This document shows positions 51,101 through 61,300 of a stretch of 64,000 nucleotides of DNA, piece after piece. This stretch comes from Diadema antillarum (taxonomy: Eukaryota). The stretch spans positions 744,001 to 808,000 of the forward strand of contig NW_027272284.1 in the NCBI RefSeq assembly GCF_040938485.1, given 5' to 3'. Numbering within the stretch: position 1 is the first letter of the stretch; every line of letters starts with the position of its first letter. Position numbers and translations under genes: made by a program. The notes beneath the pieces were generated by a model. That model saw only the letters and a list, made by a program, of their open reading frames with translations. It was not told the origin of the DNA and searched no databases.

Positions 51101-52348
51101 CTTGTGTATAGTGGCCACCTGTCTGTATAGGCCACTATTTTTTCATCTCCCTTGGGTGACCGGTATAGACAGGTTTGACTTGACTTTGCATTTGGCTGTA
51201 TTTGGATGACCACAAGAAATCTGGCAGTGCACCGAAATGAAATGACGTTGATGGTCAGTTAGGATGTTGTAGGGAACTGAGAATAGGAAAGACATATTTG
51301 ACGCACATCGATTATATGAGATTAAATTAGATTAAATTCAGACTTCCATCTGGAATAAGGAAGCAGGAATTTTTCGTTTGTTAATCATTCACTCTCTGTG
51401 TGTGTTTGTTCACCATGTTCCCCAGCACACATAAAGGCAGAGAGAACTAAAATAATGTTGTGTGCCTTTTGGTGTTCAAAAAGGTTCACTGATTTGGTAT
51501 TTACTCTTAATTCAAGCAAAATATACTATATTGATGTATCCTATTTGACTCAAATTCCTAAATGGATGGTATACATGTATGTAGTTTTGGTTAAGATGGG
51601 GGATTCAGATTTTAACTTTTTGCAAGATAATTAGAAACCACTTATGAAATGTGAAATAGCATTACAATTCTAGAGGAATTCAAAGTTAATTTGATGAAAA
51701 TTCGTTTTGAAACAGCTGAGATATGCAAAAATGATATACAACAATGTTGTCCTAATAAAAGGTGGGTCCCACCTTTTCTTAGTACCTTTGTTTTTGGATA
51801 TCTCAGCCATTTCAAAACCAATTTTCATCAAATAAACTTTGAATTCCTCTTTGAATTGTATGCTTTTTCATATTTCAAAAGAGGTTTCATATTCTCTCAT
51901 AAAAAAGTTGGAAACATGAAGCCCCATCCCTTTAGATATTGTCTGTGGATATAATATTTGCAATTGATTTATATGTCCCAGTCCAACATACAGTACCTTT
52001 TCTCTCTTTTATCTTTCAGGCAATGCATGGCCAATTGCCACTGGGATCCAAGGGGATTGGTGAGTTTAGCTCAAAAGTGACTTAAGTGCAAGAGAAATAA
52101 AGGGAAAGACCACCTTTAACCATTTCTGTGCCAGTGACTTTGGACAGAGTGTACGATGCTTTGGGCTTTTTCTGTGCCCACAGCCACTCACAAGGGTTTA
52201 CTAAGATAAGCATAACCATAGGCTCGTTTTGGCTGTGACTAGTGACTCCATATAAAACCATGGCACTAAAGTCACTTGTTGATCACAATACTAGTACTAG
52301 GATATCGTCATACTCCTGACTCTCCCATCATTGGAGTTCTTGAGGAGG

Positions 52349-52385
<37 letters not shown>

Positions 52386-55300
52386 ATTGCAATCGCTCTT
52401 CGTCCGGCGTCCGGCGTGCGTCGTCCGTCGTGCGTAAACTTTTTACATTTTCATCTTCTTCTTGAGAACCCCATGACCGATTTTCACCAAACTTGGCGGG
52501 TAGCATCCCTAGGGGAATAAGATATCAATTTGTTAAAATGGGCACCATGGCCCACCTGGGGGGCCCCAGGGAGAGGAGCCCAAACCCCCTAAAATTAAGG
52601 AATCTTAAAAAATCTTCTTCTCTAGAACCAGAAGTGATAGCTTTAAGTTAATACAATGAGTTAGTACATTGATGACTGTTATTTCAAGTTTGTTCATGGC
52701 GGAATCAGGGGTTGCCCCCATTGGGACCCAGAGGAGAGGGGTGGGGAGGGGTCCTAATGGGACCCAAATCGTACATTTTCATCTTTTTCTAGAAAATGTC
52801 ATAATGAATTGTCACCAAACTTGGCAGGTAGCCTAGGGGGCCGAAATTGGGGCCGAAATTGTAAATTTTCATTTTTTTTTTGAAAATGCCATGATGAATT
52901 TTAACCAAACTTGGCAGGTAGCATCCCTAGGGAAATAGAATCTTATTCCCATCAAATTGGCACCATGCCCCAACTGGGGGCCCAGGGGGCCTAAATTGGG
53001 GCCTAAATGGTAAATTTTCATATTTTTCTTGAAAGCCCCATGATGAATTGTCAGCAAACTTAGCATGTACATTTGTAGCATCCCTTTTGGGATAGAATCT
53101 CAATTCCATCAAAAGGGCACCATGCCCCAACTGGGGGCCCCAGGAGGCCCCCGTAATGAGTCTAGAACCAGAAGTGATAAAGCAAAGTTACTTTGAGTTT
53201 GTACATTGATGACTGTAGTTCCAATGTTATTCATTGCAAATCCAGGGCTGCCTCCCCTGGTTGGGGGGGGGGGGGGGTCCTAAGGCAGACCTAAATTTTC
53301 ATCTTCTTGCTGAAAACATCAGAATGGATTTTCACCAAACTTGGCAAGTGGCATTCCTAGGGGGATAGGATCTCAAAGTGTTTGAATGGGCAACATGCTT
53401 ACCTTGTAGCTCTCAAAGCTACCCCCCACCACAAGTTTCCAGTGTTCTCAGGTAAGAGTCTGCAAGAATGCATGGAAGGTGAGCTTGCGATACTCAGGTG
53501 AGCGCGTGACCCTCTGGTCTCTTGTTTCAATAGTACTGACAGTAATCCAGAGGTTAGTTTAGAAATCCTCATGTGAGCAAATCAGTGGTCTGCAAATGTT
53601 GTGACTCATTGATAAAGTCAGCTTTAGTGTTTCTGTTTCATAATGTCATAAATCACTGTGAAATATCAACAACCATATCATCTGAAATAAGAATTGCGGT
53701 TGTGGGGCAATGACTGTTTGTTGGTCTGTGTTTTCCTGTGGTGAAGAATGCATGAAGTAATTACAGTTGTACTTAGGATGCATGAAGTAATTACAGTTCT
53801 ACTTAGGATCACATGTTTGCAGAGCGAGGTTGTCTTTTGGAAATCAACTGTATACATGTATGCCATATATTCAATGAGTCTAATTTTTAGTGAGTGTGTA
53901 TATTCTTGATCACAGAGTATACAACCAATGTAGTTATGAATGGAGATATGTACACATGCACATTGCATTCACTTCGGGATCAGAGTTAAAATTTCTGTTT
54001 ACTTTTCGCAAAGGTACTTTATAAAATTTGCGAAAATGAAAACCCCAAGAAATATGTGGTATATACAGTATATGATGTCACTGTAGTGACTGTAGTATAG
54101 ACTAAGAAAAAAGTGTCTTTATTTTTGGAAACACATCATTGCTTATGCGCATTCTACTTTCGGAGAAACACTTGTTAAATGAGATGCTAGAGGAAGTTGG
54201 CATAGAATAAAAAATTCAAATGTAGCAACTGCGCACAAAATTTTCATGTATCCACAATGTGCAGTCTACATGTGTAAACAGTTTATGATGTATTTCAAGG
54301 ACATGCATACAGTAGCTAGGGAAAGTGAAATACTTTCAGAATTACAACTAGATAAATGTTTCAGAGGTTTTATCAAACACACCAACAATATTCAATCACT
54401 GAATGTTTTGCATTGTTTTGCATATGGTATATAAGGTTACCAATTCAAATTATTGTAAGAACTTTGTTTGTTGCAGTTTTTAATATGATTAAATAAATTA
54501 CCTCTGCAGAAAATTTTTTCTTTTGATTGTGTTAGGGTAAAAATTTGATTTAATTCCATTTATTAAAAAAAATTAAAAAAAATCTCTAAACGGGTATTTT
54601 TTGATCCTGAAAAAGCTTTGCTTTAAAAAAAAAAGAAAAACAAGTTTTGAAATGAAAAAGTGAAAAATGGCCTTTTGTTACAAATGTTCATGAAAATTCA
54701 ATTGTATTGAATCTTCTTGTTCCCCCCCCCCCCCCGTTTCTAATATGCATTCATTCTTTTTCTCACTCTGTTTTCTACCTTGTCTCCTATGACCAAATTT
54801 CCTCGCTCACCTCTTTTGTGCCTGTGTTTTGATTCCTCGATGTATTCCACGTATCTTTTGACCTAAAACTTTAATTTCTCCTTCTTGTCATTTTCTCTCT
54901 TCTTTGTTTTCACCTGTTGTGGTTTGATTCTTTTTGACAATTTTACAATTCCTTTCCACTTCCTTTTCACCCTTGCTCTCTGATTCATGCGTTCATTCTC
55001 TGTCTTTCCTTCTTTTCATCTTTCCTCCAACATAAAATCTTTCCTCTCTTTTTGCTGCCCTTGGATCCTCTCACCTTTTCTGCTCTAACTTGCCATTCTC
55101 TTCTCCGCCTTTTATTCTTGTAAATTTCTCCTTTGTATGCTTCTACATCCTCTGTAATGCTACTGTAAAACGAGGAATGTTCACTCGCATTTGAATTTCA
55201 CCAATTTCGCGAGAGCCAAGATTCGCGAAATTAAAATGCACATGAAAGTTCTTGTCTACACTATACGCATTGAATTTTAGAGGCAATTCGCGAAAATTTC

Positions 55301-58300
55301 ATGCCGCGAAAATGTCGTGTTTTACAGTATTCTCTCTCCTTGTTTTGATGTGAGAACTTTTCAACCAAACGGCTTTTACTATCATGAATTTATTCATTTC
55401 ATTACCATGATTTGTGTAATGTTTGTTTGGTGGTGATGATGGTCCTAACCCTCTACATTCCTCATCCATCCCTGTTTCCATTCTCCTCATGATTTCTGGT
55501 CTCCGGTCTTCCACTCCCTACATGCACTGATGACATCTTCTTCCAACCACCAGACGGAGTCCATCTCCTTGGACAGTTTTTCGTCTTGCCAGGAGGATTC
55601 GTCCCCCTTCGAGTCTCTTCCGCCGAGCTACGAGGCCAGATTTGTGATGGGGTCATCCTATGCATCGTTAGAGTAAGTCTTGAAAACAGTCTGAAATATT
55701 TGCTGACACATTTTGGGTTAAACTTATGACCAGTCAAGCACAGCATTGGTTGAACATGGCTGTCCACAGCTGATATTTTTCTTTCTTTTTTGAGAAGTGG
55801 TAGCTCCTTAGGCTAGACTTTATATCGTTATTTGGAATGACATTGTTTCATTTCACTCAGCATTTTACCAGACTTGGTTCATGATATTACATAAACGAAG
55901 GCTACTTTTGGAGTTTTTTGAGCAATTCTCCAAAGTTTATCCTGACTTATCCAGATTCCTTGACTCTGACCAACTGGAAAAGGATGGTCAAGCAGGCAAA
56001 GTGAGCACCTAGTGCAGGTCATGTCCAGTGGTGTGGTTGACCAACCTGAATGGAGACACCGCACCATCACCAGTCAGTTTCATAGAGTGAGATAAACCAT
56101 AACACTGTGATGTCTCCGTCACACTAGCCTTGTCTCAAATGAAGTCATTCATGGCTGCGTTCGAGTGCTCTAAAGTGAACCAAAGCAAACTGAACTAAGG
56201 CATGCCGTACTGAACTGTGCCAGTTTTGGAGCGTTCGAGCGGTCTGTTGAGAAAGTGTACCTCTTGAGTTATTTTTAGAAGAGGTCACGCATTTTGTAGC
56301 AAGAGGGTCATTCACCTGGTGCGCTTGAACTCCTTACAGCCGTCCCGAACAAAGAGAATGATGTCTTTGCATTGTGACATATGCGTATGTTACGCGCATT
56401 CTTTATATGCAAACTTTTGGTACGCTGTTGCTACGCTTTTGGTACGCTTTTGGTACGCTTTTGGAACACATCGGGAAGTGGTCCACTTTTGGCTCGGTAC
56501 CGTACAGTACAGAGCACACTTTTGGAGCATTTGAGCACTCCTCTGGCGTGGGTACGGTACGGTACAGTTGGCTTTAGGAGAGCACTCGAATGCACCCCAT
56601 GTCTGTAGAGGATGTCAGTATTGAATTCAACTACTGTATACGCTATAATTTTCGCGTACATAAATTTTCGCGAATTGTCGCTGTCACACATTTTTGCGAG
56701 TGGTTAAATTCGCGATTGGGGGACCAGAGAAAATATGAAGTGGCAAAGAAAGTGTGAATTTTCAACTTACTAGCAAATAAGAATGATACTAGTTATACAC
56801 TGCATGAAAAAGGCTTGCCAAACTCTGCGAACTAGTAAGTTAGAATTCAACATTTTTGAAGTGGTTAAGTCCATCGCGCTAGATTTCTGACGAGTGGTCC
56901 CCTTGCGATAATGGATTGGCTCTCTACAGTATTCGTAAGTAGACGTGGACGTACGTAAACAAGCTTAGCCAGAATGGTCTGTTCGGTAAGCCGTGACATG
57001 GTATACTAGTACTGAAATGTTCGTATCATCAAGGCAAGGGATTCATTTTGGAAGACCTGTAATATTTTCGCGTGTTGTTAATTTCGCGAATAGCTCCCGA
57101 CTCGCGAAATTCGCGAAAATAAAACCCCCGCGAAATATATAGCGTATACAGTACTTACATTGTAGTCCAGAAATTCTTGATGTTCCCCCACAATTCTCCA
57201 TTTTCTTTACCCATTTTCCACCATTAGAGCAGCCCTCATGCAATCATGTGTGATATATCACTTTGTGTGTATCTACTGCTCATTTCTCTGGTCTATCAGG
57301 TCACTGTACTATGAGGTAGGGGAAAGCATGGAGGACTTATTCTTGAGTCCAGACCCCAAGATGCCAGCCAATCTACCAGGCAACCATAGTCTCTTCATAG
57401 AAGACTCCTTTGGGAGCTGGATTGACATCTCGCAGGCTGACCAACACAGATCCTCTTCTGGTTAGTCCACTAGCTTAACTCGTAATAAAACTAGTCCTGA
57501 GTATGCTCCGGCAGGTGTCTATGGGAAATGTGTGTTATAGCAAAATCAGCTTGTCCTCAATGGGTTAATTAACCTTAACCAAAATCATTTGTATTCTCCT
57601 TCAGTATTTATTTGATATTTTGTTTGATTTTGAATGGTGTAAAAGGTTTCTAACCTTAGCTCAAATATTGGAATGCTACTCCATTAATTCATTATTATTA
57701 TCATTTTTTTTTAAGGTCCATGCTGCCTACAGTTTTCACTGTCTCTTGATGACGGAGTCACTGAAGCTTTACATTGGTGTGACACAAAATGGCAAAAAAT
57801 TACTGCACCCATTACATGTGATTTGGCAAATGACTGTATATGAGCCAATAATGTCAAGATGTCAAAGGAAAAAACATGTTGTCATCTTTATATCAATCTA
57901 AAGATGCAAAAATCACATTCCATGCAAAATCAATGCTTTGTTAGTGGAAGTACAATGTTTATCACAGATAATCAACTGTAGTCTTGATACCAGCCAGCCG
58001 TGTGTACATCATGCTTTTGTTTTGCGTGTGCAGTGTGCATTTAAAATATCTCTGTTGGCACAAGATACTTTCAAGATATAAGTTTGTTATCTTGATCAAC
58101 ATCAAATGCAAATGCTCTTTAATTTCAAATCCCATATTTTCAAATATGCCAATGTGCCTATAGCTGTCCATGGGTTTTTGCAAATGTTGTTCTCTAGTTT
58201 AAAGTCCAATGTTCCAAATAAAGTGAGTGTGAGGGAGAATTCATTTCCCTCAAATTGAAATTGCTCAAACTCATTTGTATGTATATTCAAGGGCTTGGAG

Positions 58301-61300
58301 TGGTCCATGTGTGGCTACATTAACATGCACCTTCATTCATTGTGTTGATTTTCAGGCGTCTAACTCAACTCGTTTCATTCTCTGTTTTTGTTTTACCTTC
58401 ACTGCTTCCACAAATCGGTTTCTCTCAAAACACCTCTACTTTCTTCTCTCGTCTACATGTTCCTGTTCTTTTTTTCTGTATGGTGTCCTGTTCAAATGAT
58501 TCTGGATGTTTTGGTTTCTTGTCGGTTAAATCGTGGGTGCCTGTGTTTTAATGTTTGCAATTGTAAAATAATTCTTAACTGTGACCTTGTGTATGTTCAC
58601 TGTCTATTATGTAATTTGCTTGTGCTGTAAATTAAAAAAAAAAAAAAAAATGCTTGCAAATTCAACTACCCTGCCACTTTGCTTGCCTATGCATGATGAT
58701 AATATTGTTTCATATGTCAATATTAACAACTTGCATCGAGATATTAACATACTTATATGTTTGTTCACATACTTCCTCAAAACTAAAATGTTGCTTCCCC
58801 GTTCATATTCTCTTCAATCCATTTTGCCTTTCCTTCATTGGTTACTTCACGCCCCCATTGTTTTTTGTTTTCAAATATTCAATGTGCTGGCATGCCTCAT
58901 TCACTGATCAACATTCATCATTCTTGAATATGATAAATGCAATCCTTGTATCATGTGTGTTATTTTGCGCATATTTATTCTTGTAATATTTTTCACTGTG
59001 TGCATGCCCATCTTGTTGTATTTCTGAAAAAAAAAAAATGTATGAGTCATATCTTGATGGATTTTGAATGTTCTTACATGCTTTCCTTTTCATGGCAAGT
59101 TGCAACTTGTCATTGTACATCCTTCCTGCTTATTTTGATTTGCTGTCCATACCTCTGTCCCTCTCTTCTTCTCCCTGCATGCGAAATGGAACTTTCCATC
59201 TTGTGTCCATGTCAACCTGTCCTCCCCCGTGTCATGATGGAACTGTCCTTGTATCCATACGGTGGCTGCATGGATATATCTCATCCGTCCCCCATAAAAA
59301 CAATCTGCTCCCTCATTGTCCATGCTTGTATTATCTGTCTTCCTGTATGTGTGCTCCACATCACCCTTTTCTCCCCCACCACCCCATCCCCTCCCCCCCC
59401 CATAAAAAAACAAAAACAAACAAACAAAAACCCAAAACAAAACAAAACAAAACACTCCCTGGCATGGTATTATCACTTCCGGTCCTTGGTGGAATCATCT
59501 CCTGTATTGGCTGCTGGACTTCGCATGACTCTTGCTGATGTAACATACTGTACATGTATTGTATACCTCCCCTTCATCCTTTCATGCAACACCCCATGGT
59601 GATATTCCGGTATACACCCCTCATCACCCCCCCCCCCCCCCCCACCCACCACCACCCCCACTACCATCACCATCACCACCATCACCACCATCACCACCAT
59701 CATCACCACCTCCCACCATCACCCTTCACTCCCGCCCCCTCTGCATGGCCTCCCTCCACCCGTCTCGACCCCTACTCCCTGGTATCTCTGCATGCCGTGT
59801 GATTGAATCTACCAGACTCCTCGTCTTGCTCTTTCCACTCAGTCTCCTCTGACACCAGAGACCAGCCATCTTTGCCCCTCCCATCCTGCCCCAACCCCTC
59901 CAAGCTCCCCTCAGTAAACGATAGTAATGAGGAGGAGGAGGAGGAGGTGGAAGAAGAAGATGTAGTAGAAGAAGAAGAGAAGGAGGAGGAGGCGGAGGAG
60001 GGAGAAGGTATCTCCATGGGAACCACATCAAGTAGAGGAGATAGTATCTCGAAGACCAGTGAAAGGGAGGAAGGTACACAGCACTGAACTTTGAAGCTAT
60101 TTTTGTCAATCAATCATCCAACACGATGCACACATTTCTTGAATATACTGTACACTGAAAAACTCTTGCTATGTTCATACCAATCTTTTTCATCTCATCA
60201 TGTAAACAGCTTTAGTTTTTGCCATAGTCCATTTTGCTTTGTTTCTTTACGTGAAACACTTTATAAAAGAAGAATGGGAATTGAATGGAAACTGACACTG
60301 TTTAAAGTTTAGCATCTAATTCAAGCACAATCAGCATTTTCTAAACAAGATGTTTAAAGAGAGATATTCTGAAAGAGAAGAAATCAAGAGATATGTGATG
60401 AGGTACAGGACTGAACTAAACCACTGGCATCACATGAGAGGAACTGATGGTACTAGAATTCTCGAGGTTTGGTCTTCATATTCAGGGTTTACGAAGAATA
60501 TTCCCACTCTTCTACAAGTTTTCAGATAAATCACAGAAGTCTGCTGTGCATTGAAATACACAGTTGTACATTGTAGATGCACAATAGATAGCCATAACAG
60601 AGATGCCAATTTTTACTTTTTTGCAATATTTTGTCCCGTTTTGTGTCAAAAGTACTGCAGGTTTCAATGTAAAATATTGTTTTCCCAAATTGTATTATCA
60701 CACAATACCACACATAGCTATTACAAGAAAGGTAAAAAATACTGTTTTTCCACCAAAAACATGCCTTTTCAACTCTCAGATTACATGTACTTATTTACTC
60801 ACAATGCTGTTAACAAGTTTGGCATCCCTGTTGCATAGCTTGAATTTTGTGATAATATCTAACTTAGGCAACAATAACAAAAATCTGCAAGGTGCTTGGC
60901 TTCTCATCAAGTAGTTTTGAATTTGATCCGCCAATGTCAAGTTATTTCCACTTTAAAGCAAAGCTTTGCTGTGGCAAAAATTTGTATTGAGAAACCTCAA
61001 TTATATCATATATGCATTAAATTCTAGTTCCCATGAAAACAGTTATTTACAGAACAGCTTATCGCCATGTATTCATGATTATTATAATGATGGCAGCTAC
61101 ATGTCCATATGCTTATATTTTCCTGTGATGAGCGAATAATATAAGTTTGTTTCTCCTTAATTGGGTATCTAGGATTTAGCATCCCAAAAAGTGATTTGTC
61201 CCATCATAAAGAGCTGTAAGGCCTAATGCATGTTCCGTTGTCTTTGAATTAATGAATGAAGACATCCACGCTATAATGCTATCCTCAATAATTATGTTCT

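Noticed and set aside
58275-59852. Many overlapping Cys/Leu/His/Pro-rich ORFs (up to 221 aa)
   Set aside because: They arise from G-poor low-complexity DNA and microsatellites; there is no codon or splice support, and the SMCR8 exon chain is phase-complete without them.
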